Positions 30,097 through 40,048 of a DNA stretch of 64,000 nucleotides are shown here, one piece after another; position 1 is the stretch's first letter, and the number at the start of each line of letters is the position of its first letter. A program made the translations under genes and the position numbers. This stretch comes from Pyrinomonadaceae bacterium (lineage in GTDB: Bacteria; Acidobacteriota; Blastocatellia; Pyrinomonadales; Pyrinomonadaceae). The notes beneath the pieces are model-generated. The model was given only the letters and a program-made list of their open reading frames with translations. It had not been told where the DNA came from and made no database searches. The stretch is from assembly GCA_965218105.1 (NCBI GenBank), contig OZ244585.1, positions 2,960,597-3,024,596 of the forward strand, in the 5' to 3' direction.

Positions 30097-30104
30097 CAGC
30101 CTTT
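30080..30104 (+). terminator. Stem-loop overlapping the DUF2085 stop codon
   Basis: aaaggctgtca tat tgacagccttt. Confidence 0.6.
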
Positions 30105-30411
30105 AAGTATCTAAATTTATTTATTGATACTGATTTTTGATATTTTGTTGGCGACGTACTAAAACTCTTTATTGCGTCCCGTGATAGTTAAAAATCAGTA
30201 TAACCAATTTTTGTAACACTTGGCAAGTTTCGCCGGTTTTTTGTTTCAAACGATGCAAAAATACGCAAGCGACTGAAAATAAATAAATTAGCTTTGTAAA
30301 ACGCGAAAATCATCTGATGAAAGTCTCGACGCGTAATTATTCTTTCGTTGACTAATCGGGAAAATTAACGCAAAATTAGCAATACATCCGACAAATAAAA
30401 AATAATAAATT

Positions 30412-30693
30412 ATGAGTTTGAACAAAGACAGCGCAGTTGAAAAAGCAAAAAAGGATTTGGCAGATCGTTTGGGCGTTGCGGAAAAGGAAATTGAAACGGT
30501 TTCCGTCAGTGAAAAAGATTTTCCCGATATGTCGCTCGGCGCGCCGACCGAAGATGAAATGTCGGCGCAGATGATTTCGAGCGGCTGGGAGATAAATTTG
30601 AGTGCCGACGGCAAAAAATACGATTATCGCGCCGACAAATATCAGCTTCGACTACACGGATACAAAGGAAAAAATTACGTTGTCGAATCGTAA
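30412..30693 (+). CDS. Hypothetical protein
   Basis: 93-aa ORF. No recognised motif. Confidence 0.45.
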   Translation: MSLNKDSAVEKAKKDLADRLGVAEKEIETVSVSEKDFPDMSLGAPTEDEMSAQMISSGWEINLSADGKKYDYRADKYQLRLHGYKGKNYVVES

Positions 30694-30739
30694 TTCGACG
30701 ACCTAATAGAAAGTAAAACTTTTCAAGGAGTTTGAAAGA

Positions 30740-32167
30740 ATGAATCGAAATAATTTTTGGATGCATTTAGGCATTGCGATGCTTTTAATCGGAATGGCGG
30801 CAATTATCGGACAAATAGTTCGCTGGGAATCTCAGATGTCCGCTTCAAAACATTCAGCCTGCAAATTGGTGCCGAAACCGCTTGCCCTTAAACGCTCGGA
30901 TGCCGAACGTCAGCCGGAAGTTTTGGTTAAGTTCCGTCCTGATGTAAGTTTGGCTGAAATCAAAAAAATCGTCTGGAAAAACAACGACCGCATCGAAGAC
31001 GTTTTTCAGCAGGAAAAAGGTTGGTTTTCGATTGACGATCTGGACAACAGAGATATGGAAACGGTCGCCGAACAATATCGCGCAATGAGCGGCATTGTGG
31101 CTTACGCCGAACCGAATAATGAAATAAAACTCGATGATCCGGCGGATTTTTCAGCACCTGATAAATTTTTCAGCGAAGATTCGACAAATCCGCTAACGCC
31201 GAACGATCCGATGTTTGATGAGCAGTGGGCGTTAAATAATGCCGGACAAGGCGGCGGAAAAGAGAAAGCCGACATCAGAGCGTTGTTGGCGTGGGCAAAA
31301 AATCAGGGAAGCAGCGATGTCGTCGTTGCCGTTTTAGACAGCGGCGTTGATTACACGCATCCTGATTTGGCGGCGAATATGTGGTTTCGTCCCGACAATG
31401 TTCCGCAATACAAAGACGACGAACTCGGCGCGTTCAATGATTTACACGGTTTCAACGCCGCTGATAATCAAAGCGATCCGATGGACGACAACGGACACGG
31501 AACACACTGCGCCGGAATTATCGGCGCGGAAGGCGACAACGACGAAGGCATCGCCGGCATCAACTGGCACGTTCAGATTATGCCGCTCAAATTTATGGGA
31601 CGCGGCGGATTCGGCACGACGAAAGACGCGATTGAAGCGATTAATTACGCGATTGACCGTAAACAGAAAGGTGTCAACGTCCGTGTGATAAATGCGAGTT
31701 GGGGTTCAACGCAGTATTCAAAAGCATTGGAAGATTCGATTCGCGCCGCCGGTGAAGCCGGAATTTTATTTGTCGCCGCCGCCGGAAACAACGGCACGAG
31801 CAACGATAAAAGTCCGCATTATCCGTCAAATTACAATTTGCCGAATGTCATCAGCGTCGCCGCGCTTGACCGCGCCGATCAGCTCGCGTCGTTTTCAAAC
31901 TTCGGTCCGAAAACCGTCCACATTGCCGCACCGGGCAAAGATATTCTTTCAACCTGGCTTGGCGACAATTACCGCGAAGCCTCTGGAACTTCGATGGCGA
32001 CACCTTATGTTGCCGGAACAGCCGCTTTGATTTTGGCAGGCGAACCAAAACTTTCGGTCGAAAAATTGCGCGAGAGAATTTTGTCGTCGGTTGATAAACT
32101 CGATTCGCTAAACGGCAAAGTCGAAAGCGGCGGGCGTTTGAACGCGGCAAAAGCGGTAGGAAACTAA
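30740..32167 (+). CDS. Subtilisin-like S8 serine peptidase
   Basis: Catalytic triad contexts VLDSGVD, HGTHCAG, GTSMATPYVAG. Confidence 0.9.
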   Translation: MNRNNFWMHLGIAMLLIGMAAIIGQIVRWESQMSASKHSACKLVPKPLALKRSDAERQPEVLVKFRPDVSLAEIKKIVWKNNDRIEDVFQQEKGWFSIDDLDNRDMETVAEQYRAMSGIVAYAEPNNEIKLDDPADFSAPDKFFSEDSTNPLTPNDPMFDEQWALNNAGQGGGKEKADIRALLAWAKNQGSSDVVVAVLDSGVDYTHPDLAANMWFRPDNVPQYKDDELGAFNDLHGFNAADNQSDPMDDNGHGTHCAGIIGAEGDNDEGIAGINWHVQIMPLKFMGRGGFGTTKDAIEAINYAIDRKQKGVNVRVINASWGSTQYSKALEDSIRAAGEAGILFVAAAGNNGTSNDKSPHYPSNYNLPNVISVAALDRADQLASFSNFGPKTVHIAAPGKDILSTWLGDNYREASGTSMATPYVAGTAALILAGEPKLSVEKLRERILSSVDKLDSLNGKVESGGRLNAAKAVGN

Positions 32168-32168
32168 T

Positions 32169-32252
32169 GTAAAGGCGAAAGGATGAAGGCGAAAGGCGAA
32201 AGGTAAAATAAGAGAAACTCTTTACCTTTCGCCTTTCGCCTTTCGCCTTTAC
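32169..32252. terminator. Bidirectional hairpin built from GGCGAAA heptamer repeats
   Basis: gtaaaggcgaaagg..ggcgaaaggcgaaaggtaaa / tttacctttcgcctttcgcctttcgcctttac between convergent genes. Confidence 0.7.
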
Positions 32253-32255
32253 CCT

Positions 32256-34349
32256 TTATTTGACTGCCGCCGTCGTTTCTTTCTCTCTCGGATCATACGG
32301 CGTAGCGAGATATTTTTGAACAGCCTGCTGCGCGTTGTCGTAATCATCGCCGAGATTTTGGGCGCGTTTATAAGCGGCGACGGAACGAACGCGATCACCT
32401 TTTGCGTCGTAGGCGTTGCCCATTTTGATATTTGCCCAAACCGCCAGCCACGCCGGACTCAAATCTCCGCCTAACACGGCTTTGAAATTATCAATCGCCA
32501 GATCGTAATTGCGCTGTTCCAAAAAGAGCAAACCCAAATGATAATAAACCCAAGAATTTGAACGGTCTAATTTGAGCGCGGCTTCAAACTGCTGTTGCGC
32601 TTCGACGTAATTTCCTTCTTTGAACTGTTCTATTCCGCGCCGCGCGATGGAAGAAATTCGCAAATCGTCGGAAATTCGTAAAATTTTATAGTTCGGATCA
32701 ATAATGACGGCGAGCGGTTTGCCGGTTGATTCGATGTTAAAGTCCGCGCTGGAATCGTCAATCTGAACCGTTTCGGTTTTCAGACCGTTTTCGCCTTCGG
32801 CGCGAAGCTGCAATTCGAGCGGCAAATGCAGATTGTCGTAATTTTCTTTGACCGTGCCGCGCGTGATAAATTTGCCGGCGCGGGTGCGAATAATTTGATA
32901 ATCCGCCTGAAATTCGGGAACGCCCGTGCTTTCGACCCAGCGCGCGAAAAAGTAGCGCATCGGTCGTCCGGCAATTTGCGTCGTCAGTTTTTCAAAATCG
33001 TCAATCGAAGCGTTTTTGCCGCGATATTGCTGTAAATATGTTCGAAGCAGTTGGTTAAATTTCTGTTCGCCGAGCGTGTCGCGCAAAAGTTTGAACACAA
33101 ACGCGCCTTTGCCATACATTATGTATTGATACGCCACCGATTGGTCGTCCAAAACTGCCGGTGTGCGCGAAAGCGACGCGGTTTGTTCAAATGTCAGCGA
33201 TTTTTCGAGCAGTTCGCGGCGCGCTCCATCAAGCTGCGCGCCGGAAAGCATACTTTCGCGCAGCGAAAACGCGCTGTATTCCGCCAAACCCTGCGATAGC
33301 CACGCATCGTCAAAAGATTTCAAACCGACGGTCAAACCCCACCATTGCAGAGCGGCTTCGCGCTGAAGTCGTTCTTCCGTAATTTCGCGCGGCTGACTGA
33401 ACAACTTGTCAGCCATAAAAATCATTCCCTGTGTTGAATAAAAATCGAGACTTTGGTCATCAATCTGCGCGATAATCAGTTTTTTGCCGCCTTCGGTCGC
33501 GCCGTATCTTTTGGTGTAAAATTCGAGCGCGCGTCCCAAAGTTTCGGCGTAAGCGGCAGCCTGCGCGTCATTTCCGACTTTTGTAAAAAACTGCAAATCG
33601 TATTCGCCGAATTTGAGATTTTTATTGACATATTTTCCGTAAGCGAAATTTCCGACCAAACTCGACTGTGTGCGGACAAAATGATATTTTCCGCCGGTTT
33701 GCGAAACGGGCGTATCGCTGAAACCGACGATTTGAAAACCGCCCGGAATCGAGATTGAAATATCGGATGTCGCCTGATCCGCCGCATATTCGTGAAACGG
33801 AAACCAACGCGACGCGTACATCAAATAGCCGTCGTTCGGTCCGATATATGCGAGTCTTTTCGTCAAAAGCGGTCCGCCGGAAGGCGAAACCAGAACGCCG
33901 TTATATTTGAAACGAAGCGTAACCGGCGTGCCTTTCGTGACTATATCGCCCAAATCAATTTTCACGCTCGGACCTATGTCGGACACGCCGACCTGATCCT
34001 GAATAAAAGTTATCTGATTCGGCGCGGTTGATGCCGCAGTTTTGCCTTTTGTTTGCGGCGCGGATGCGACGGAGGAATTTTGGCGCGTGATGCTTTCAAT
34101 TTTCAGCGAACCGTTTAATTCAAAAGTTACCGTTCGAGTGTCTTCGAGCGGCGTAAACATTACGTCAACCGTCGCGTTCAATTTATTTTCGTTCGGCATA
34201 AGCTGAACGTCCATCACATAATTTGACACATCAAACTGTGAGCGTTTGACCTGTTGTGCCGCCGCCGCCAATGAAAATAGACAAAAAACTAAACTCAGAC
34301 CAAACAAGCGGAAGGTGTTTTTCTTAAATTTATTCATTATATTTCGCAA
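32256..34349 (-). CDS. M1-aminopeptidase-like protein with degenerate zinc site and C-terminal TPR repeats
   Basis: 697 aa. REAALQWWG in place of HExxHQWFG and WLSQGLAEY in place of WLNEGFA.Y. TPR-like C-terminus. Confidence 0.78.
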   Translation of the reverse strand: MRNIMNKFKKNTFRLFGLSLVFCLFSLAAAAQQVKRSQFDVSNYVMDVQLMPNENKLNATVDVMFTPLEDTRTVTFELNGSLKIESITRQNSSVASAPQTKGKTAASTAPNQITFIQDQVGVSDIGPSVKIDLGDIVTKGTPVTLRFKYNGVLVSPSGGPLLTKRLAYIGPNDGYLMYASRWFPFHEYAADQATSDISISIPGGFQIVGFSDTPVSQTGGKYHFVRTQSSLVGNFAYGKYVNKNLKFGEYDLQFFTKVGNDAQAAAYAETLGRALEFYTKRYGATEGGKKLIIAQIDDQSLDFYSTQGMIFMADKLFSQPREITEERLQREAALQWWGLTVGLKSFDDAWLSQGLAEYSAFSLRESMLSGAQLDGARRELLEKSLTFEQTASLSRTPAVLDDQSVAYQYIMYGKGAFVFKLLRDTLGEQKFNQLLRTYLQQYRGKNASIDDFEKLTTQIAGRPMRYFFARWVESTGVPEFQADYQIIRTRAGKFITRGTVKENYDNLHLPLELQLRAEGENGLKTETVQIDDSSADFNIESTGKPLAVIIDPNYKILRISDDLRISSIARRGIEQFKEGNYVEAQQQFEAALKLDRSNSWVYYHLGLLFLEQRNYDLAIDNFKAVLGGDLSPAWLAVWANIKMGNAYDAKGDRVRSVAAYKRAQNLGDDYDNAQQAVQKYLATPYDPREKETTAAVK

Positions 34350-34448
34350 ATCTCGCTTAAAAATTTTCTTAAAACTTGTGCTGTTTATGATGTATAAAAA
34401 CTTTGAATCGTTGGCTTTTTCAAATTTTGGCTTTAATTTTAATTACGC

Positions 34449-35384
34449 TTAGGTTTTCATCAAATCATGTAATTCCGCAGTGTCTGGAAGGGAAGTTCGC
34501 GCTCCGATTTCGCGGCATTTGAGCGCGGCGACGGCGTTTGCCATTTTCGCCGAATTTTCCACCGATTCGCCCTTGAGCAAACCGTATAAAAGCCCGACGC
34601 GAAAAGCGTCGCCCGCGCCGGTTGTGTCTTGGCAGCCGTTCGGCACAGCGTAACCTTTCGTTTCGATAAACTCGTTTTCACACAAAATCAGCGAACCGTT
34701 CGCGCCCAAAGTCATTCCGACAACCGGACAGCCGAAACGCGACTTTATCTCGCGGAGTGAATCTTTTTTGTCTTTGATGCCGAGCAGTTTTTCGGGAAAC
34801 TCGGCGGACGAAATAAAAATATCAATCAGCGGAATCATTTCTAAAAGTCCGTCAAAAATATTGTCAACGTCAATTGAAACAATCGCGCCGCTTTTCTTCG
34901 CTTCCCGCGCCATTTTCGCGCAGGCGCGCGTGTCGTGCGGCGTGGCGTGAAAAATTTTCGTTTTTCGCAAAATCTCAAGCGGCGCGTCTTCCGGCGCGAA
35001 AGCCAATTTTTTATCGCGCTTCCAGATAACCGTTCGTTCGCCGCTGATTTTATCAATAATAATAAAAGCGATTTGTGTTTGCGCGCCTTCGATTTGCCGC
35101 GCAAACGCCACATTTACGTCTTCGTCAATCAAAGTCTGCAAGCCGAAATCTCCCGCCTGATCGTTGCCGAAACTTCCGATATAGGCTGTTTTCAAACCTA
35201 AACGCCGCAGTCCGACCATCGTCGAAGCAATTTCCCCGCCGGCGAGCTGCGTGTAATTTTCGAGTTCGATTTTTGAATTAAATTCGGGATATTTCGGCAC
35301 GACGATCAAGTAATCAACGGCGTTCGTGCCGAAACCGACGACATCAAATTCTTTGTTTTCAGCCAGTTTCAGGGGAAATTGCAT
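34449..35384 (-). CDS. PfkB-family carbohydrate kinase
   Basis: DTTGAGDAF motif. Start placed at the internal ATG (MQFPLKL) because the track extension covers the low-complexity leader. Confidence 0.85.
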   Translation of the reverse strand: MQFPLKLAENKEFDVVGFGTNAVDYLIVVPKYPEFNSKIELENYTQLAGGEIASTMVGLRRLGLKTAYIGSFGNDQAGDFGLQTLIDEDVNVAFARQIEGAQTQIAFIIIDKISGERTVIWKRDKKLAFAPEDAPLEILRKTKIFHATPHDTRACAKMAREAKKSGAIVSIDVDNIFDGLLEMIPLIDIFISSAEFPEKLLGIKDKKDSLREIKSRFGCPVVGMTLGANGSLILCENEFIETKGYAVPNGCQDTTGAGDAFRVGLLYGLLKGESVENSAKMANAVAALKCREIGARTSLPDTAELHDLMKT

Positions 35385-35593
35385 TTTTTTTATTTTTGAT
35401 TTGAAATTTGAAATTTTAGTCAATAATATCTAATAATTATTGATAGAGAACAAATTAAAACTGACCGGATTTTTTTGCAAATAACTCTTGTCAAACGGTT
35501 CTCAAAAAAGTTAAATTGAAAAAATGATAAATTTCGCTTGATATTTAAGCGATATGAAATAAAAATAACTGAAATTATCTGGAGAAAAGTAAA

Positions 35594-35788
35594 ATGCCAA
35601 CAACAGCTTGTCCCGAATGCAGCGAAGACGTTTATGTAGATGCCGAATCAGAACAAGGCGATATTATTACTTGTGATGAATGCGGTTCGGAATTGGAAAT
35701 CGTCGGACTCGACCCGATTGAACTCGATATTTACGCCGATGATATTGACGATCTTGACGACGACGAAGAAGACGAAGATTTTGAGTAG
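35594..35788 (+). CDS. lysW: LysW-like amino-group carrier protein
   Basis: CPECSEDV...CDECGSELEIVGLDPIELD zinc ribbon plus acidic tail ending in Glu, as in Thermus LysW. Confidence 0.72.
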   Translation: MPTTACPECSEDVYVDAESEQGDIITCDECGSELEIVGLDPIELDIYADDIDDLDDDEEDEDFE

Positions 35789-35843
35789 TAATTTGCAATT
35801 GGTAATTCGTAATTCGTTTATAATTTAAAAACTGAAAAATTTC

Positions 35844-35997
35844 TAAGAAGCTGTTTGAAAACTCGACAGTGAGAAGAACTTTAACCACTAAAGCACACTA
35901 CTAAACACGAAATTTGTCTTTTTGTTTTATTTAGTGTTTATTAGTGTAGATTGGTGGTTCCAAATCCGCTAAAAACGAGTTTTCAAACAGCTTCTAA
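35844..35997. repeat. MITE-like element, family 3, copy 2
   Basis: Near-identical to the reverse complement of 9069-9223 along its whole length. Confidence 0.8.
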
Positions 35998-36064
35998 TAT
36001 TTGCCGTAAATAATATTCTGTTTTTCAAATTACGAATTCCGAATTACAAATTACAAAAAAAGAC

Positions 36065-37132
36065 TCATTGTTCAGCTTCATATCCCGACCGATTTTGTTT
36101 TATTTGCAAACCTTTTGAAACTTCAATCCGAACCTCGTGAAACTTACCGTCGCGGCGATCTTCGTCTTTTGGATAAAAAGCCAAAACATACGAAGAAGTT
36201 ATCTCTTCCGCTAAAGATTTAAACAGCGGCTCAAAATTTTTCTGCGTGGCGTAAAAAGCGCGTCCGCCCGTTTTGTCGAGCAATCCGCTGGCTTCGAGCG
36301 GCGTTAAAAGCGGTTTTTTGTCCATTTGCAGACGCGAAAAAGAAGGCAGCAGAACCGAATAGACGGTTGTTTCCGCCTGATTAGCGCGTTCGATAACGGT
36401 TTTCGGCGAAACCGTGTCGCCGACCGGAAAACCGTCCGTAATTAAAATAATGGCGCGTTTCGGAATTTTTTGATTGACCGTCGGCGGCGATTTTTTTTTG
36501 ATAAGTCTGATCGCGTCATCAACCGCGTCGTAAGAATGCGTGGATAATCCGTCCTGTTCGCGCAGAATTTTATCAATTGATTTTTCGAGTTTTTCCGGGC
36601 GATTTGTAAAAGACTGAATAGTTTTGACCTGCATTCCGAAAGTCATTATGGCGAAATAAGAATTGTAATCGGCAAGTTTTCTGACAAAATCCTGCAGCGC
36701 TTCGTGAATTCGCACCAGTTCGGCGGAAGTAACGCTTCCCGAAACATCGAGCGCGAAAACTACGCTCAACGGGCGGCTTTCATCACTTTTTCTGAGCGGT
36801 TCAAAAAACTCAATCGGACGTTCCGCGCCGTTTTCAAAAACCTTAAAATCCTTTGCTTCAAGACCGCGCACGGGATCGCCTTTTTTGTCGGTGACGGACA
36901 CTTCAAAAGGAATTAAATTTGTTTCGACGCGAACTACTTCTTCATTGTTTTGAGCGTAAACGGACGAACAAAAACCGATCAAAATCAAACAGGATAACCA
37001 CAAAGCGCAAAATTTGAGAAACTTTTGACTCTCGATACTAAAGTTAAAAACTCGCCGGACGAGTGCGGCGCGTCCGCCGCAAAAGTCAGGACAACCGGCA
37101 TTGCTTCGCTTTTGTGTTGCTTCTTGGTTCAT
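36065..37132 (-). CDS. Secreted von Willebrand factor A domain protein
   Basis: MIDAS VVFALDVSGSV. The true start is possibly internal. Confidence 0.8.
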   Translation of the reverse strand: MNQEATQKRSNAGCPDFCGGRAALVRRVFNFSIESQKFLKFCALWLSCLILIGFCSSVYAQNNEEVVRVETNLIPFEVSVTDKKGDPVRGLEAKDFKVFENGAERPIEFFEPLRKSDESRPLSVVFALDVSGSVTSAELVRIHEALQDFVRKLADYNSYFAIMTFGMQVKTIQSFTNRPEKLEKSIDKILREQDGLSTHSYDAVDDAIRLIKKKSPPTVNQKIPKRAIILITDGFPVGDTVSPKTVIERANQAETTVYSVLLPSFSRLQMDKKPLLTPLEASGLLDKTGGRAFYATQKNFEPLFKSLAEEITSSYVLAFYPKDEDRRDGKFHEVRIEVSKGLQIKQNRSGYEAEQ

Positions 37133-37476
37133 CTTTTCAAAGTTCGGAGCGGTTTAAAATTTTACTTGTATATGAAACTTTTATCCGATTTATGAGTTGC
37201 CTCTAAAATATGATTATAACTTAAATCTTCCTCAATTTGATAGATAACTATCATTTTGAATAGTCAAATTGACTGATTTGTTGCCGGCTGAGAATTGTGA
37301 TTGTCGGAATTACCAGCATTCAGTTGACTTTTCGATTCATTATTTTTTGGCACAAAAATTGAATTAGGTCTAATAGACTTAATTTGTAAGTCGTTTTGAA
37401 AAACTAGATTCGCGCGGAAATAATTCCAGCTTACACAGTTGATTAAACCTCTATATTCAAAAGTTACTTTAACAAA

Positions 37477-39990
37477 ATGAAACAGTTTGACTTCTCAATT
37501 TACAATCTGCAAACGAAAATTTACTGGTGCGCGATGTTTTGTTTGTCAATCATCGCGTGCGGTTTTGCAATTTACGAAATCGCCGAATTTTCATTCGTGA
37601 AACTCTTGTTTTTGGGCGGTTCACTGGTCGTTTCGCTGCTCATTAACAAATATCAATTTAAGATTAAGGGAACTCAAACGGTAATTTCCGCCAAAGAGTT
37701 GGTGATTTTTTGGGGAATAATCTGGCTGGGCGTTCCGGGCGCGATTTTACTTGCCGCCAGCGCGTCTCTAACAAAATTCGATTTGGCAAAAAAATCGCCG
37801 CGCCAATGGCTGTTCGATACTTATGTCAACATTGTTTCGACCTGCGCGGCGGCATCTGTTTTTTATTTAACTCTTTATTATTCAGTCGGATTTGCGGACA
37901 ATCGGATTGCCGGACTTCAGATTGATAAAGGCTGGCTTTTATTTGCCGCCGGATTGACTGCTTTCACCCATTTCTTTTTGTTTGCGTTTATTCACTCGAC
38001 TTTTCTCGCAATTGAAGGCAAATATCAGTTTTGGGAACTTTGGAAAAATAACTTCGGCTGGACGGTCGCCGCTTATTTCGTCGGCGTAACTACCGCGCTT
38101 TTGCTGCATTTCATTTTTCTGTCTTTCGGCATAGGTTTCGGATGGATTGTTCTTCCGATGGTCGTTACGGGTCATTTTGCATATCAAATTCATCTGCGAA
38201 GACTGGCGCAAAAAACCAGAGAAATTTGCGAAGCCAGCCGCATTCATTTGGCGACCGTTGAAGCACTCGCCACCGCGATTGATGCCCGCGATCAGGTCGG
38301 CATCGGTCACGTCCGCCGCACACAAATTTACGCTGTCGGCATCGGTAAAACCTTAGGTTTGTCTGATGATGAACTTCACGCGCTCAACGCCGGCGCGCTG
38401 CTTCACGACATCGGAAAACTCGCCGTTCCCGACAATATTTTGAACAAATCCGGCAGATTAACGCTCGCCGAGATGGAAAAAATAAAAATTCATTCGTCCG
38501 TCGGCGCGTCAATTCTCGAAAAAATTGATTTTCCGTATCCGGTAATTCCGACCATCAAATATCACCACGAAATGTATGACGGCAGCGGTTATCCCGAAGG
38601 CTTAAAAGCAGACAATATCCCGTTGACGGCGCGTATTCTGGCGGTTGCCGATGCTTTCGATTCGCTGCGCGGCGCACGTCCGTATCGTCCGGCGGTTTCG
38701 CGTGACGAAGCCAGAAAGTTTCTTTTAAATGGTGCGGGAAAACAGTTTGATCCAAAAGTTGTTGATGTATTCCTACGCAATTTGCAAACATTTGAAGCGG
38801 AAGTCAGCGAACAGGGATTTTCGTATAAGTTTGACGATTTGGATAAAAATGAAATAAATACGCTTGTTGATGATAATTCCGACCAAAACTACGTCGAGCA
38901 AATCAAACGCGCCAACCGCGAAGTTTCCTCGCTTTACGAGCTGGCGAGAGTTTTCAGTTCGTCGTTAAATTTACAGGAAACGCTTTCTCTTTTTGTTGAT
39001 AAAGTCGGCGAATTTGTCCCTTTTGACACTTGTATTGTTTATCTTTCGGAAGAAGATAAAGAATTTGCCAAAGCCGCGTTTACATCCGGTAAAAACAGTT
39101 CGACGCTCAGAAATAAACGAGTCAAAGTCGGTGAAGGCGCGACCGGATTTGCGTTGAAAAATCAGCAGCCGGTTCATAAAGTCGAACCCGGACTCGATTT
39201 TACGTTTCACCAACTCGAATTAGCGGAAGAATATACGGCGATGGCTTCGCTGCCTTTGATGTCGGAAGAAAAACTAATCGGCGCGATTTCACTTTATTCC
39301 TGTGAAATGAAAAATTACGAAGAAGAGCAGATGCGTCTTTTGGAAACGGTTTCACGCATCGCGTCGGACGCGATTTGTATGGCGTTGCAACACGCCGAAT
39401 CCGAAACGCGAGCGTTGACCGATCCGATGACCGCGCTGCCGAACGCCCGCAGTTTGCAGATGCAGTTTGAAAAAGAAGCGGGACGCGCCGGTCGGAATAA
39501 CGGAACATTTCAACTTTTGATGCTTGACCTCGACGGCTTCAAAGCGATCAACGACACTTTCGGTCACAAAGTCGGCGACGCGCTGCTGCGCGAGGTCAGC
39601 AAAGTGATGCGCGGACAGCTTCGTGATTACGATTTTCTGGCGCGTTACGCCGGTGACGAATTTGTCGCCATCGTGCCGGAAACCGACGACGAAGGAATTC
39701 GTGAACTATGTCAGCGAATGGAAAAAGCCGTTTCCGACTTCGCTCTGCCGGTCGGCGACGGCGAATTCGCGCGGGTCGGTGTCAGTTTGGGTGCCGCCTG
39801 TTTTCCGCGCCACGGCGAATCGCTCGATCAAATCGTGATTACCGCCGACAAAGCGATGTATGTTTCAAAAGCATTGCGGAAACAGCGGCAAAAACAGCCG
39901 GTTTCCGCCGCTTCGGACAAGAATTTTTCTGAGAACAATTACGTTGTTGAACTCGACGAAAGCCACATCGTTTCGTCAGCGATCAATTAA
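37477..39990 (+). CDS. Membrane-anchored HD-GYP / GAF / GGDEF composite c-di-GMP signalling protein
   Basis: N-terminal TM region, HDIGKL ... HHEMYDGSGYPEGL (HD-GYP), GAF-like middle, RDYDFLARYAGDEF (I-site RxxD plus AGDEF). Confidence 0.88.
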   Translation: MKQFDFSIYNLQTKIYWCAMFCLSIIACGFAIYEIAEFSFVKLLFLGGSLVVSLLINKYQFKIKGTQTVISAKELVIFWGIIWLGVPGAILLAASASLTKFDLAKKSPRQWLFDTYVNIVSTCAAASVFYLTLYYSVGFADNRIAGLQIDKGWLLFAAGLTAFTHFFLFAFIHSTFLAIEGKYQFWELWKNNFGWTVAAYFVGVTTALLLHFIFLSFGIGFGWIVLPMVVTGHFAYQIHLRRLAQKTREICEASRIHLATVEALATAIDARDQVGIGHVRRTQIYAVGIGKTLGLSDDELHALNAGALLHDIGKLAVPDNILNKSGRLTLAEMEKIKIHSSVGASILEKIDFPYPVIPTIKYHHEMYDGSGYPEGLKADNIPLTARILAVADAFDSLRGARPYRPAVSRDEARKFLLNGAGKQFDPKVVDVFLRNLQTFEAEVSEQGFSYKFDDLDKNEINTLVDDNSDQNYVEQIKRANREVSSLYELARVFSSSLNLQETLSLFVDKVGEFVPFDTCIVYLSEEDKEFAKAAFTSGKNSSTLRNKRVKVGEGATGFALKNQQPVHKVEPGLDFTFHQLELAEEYTAMASLPLMSEEKLIGAISLYSCEMKNYEEEQMRLLETVSRIASDAICMALQHAESETRALTDPMTALPNARSLQMQFEKEAGRAGRNNGTFQLLMLDLDGFKAINDTFGHKVGDALLREVSKVMRGQLRDYDFLARYAGDEFVAIVPETDDEGIRELCQRMEKAVSDFALPVGDGEFARVGVSLGAACFPRHGESLDQIVITADKAMYVSKALRKQRQKQPVSAASDKNFSENNYVVELDESHIVSSAIN

Positions 39991-40048
39991 ACAAACAGCA
40001 ATCGCCCGATGTGATTGCCATTGACGATTTCGATTCAATAAAATATCG

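Noticed and set aside
32169-32252. The short tandem heptamer and octamer arrays (here and at 7040-7090, 14791-14820, 40817-40934, 49441-49476) as CRISPR arrays
   Set aside because: The repeat units are only 7-8 nt with no spacers and no cas genes. They form simple hairpins or leaders.
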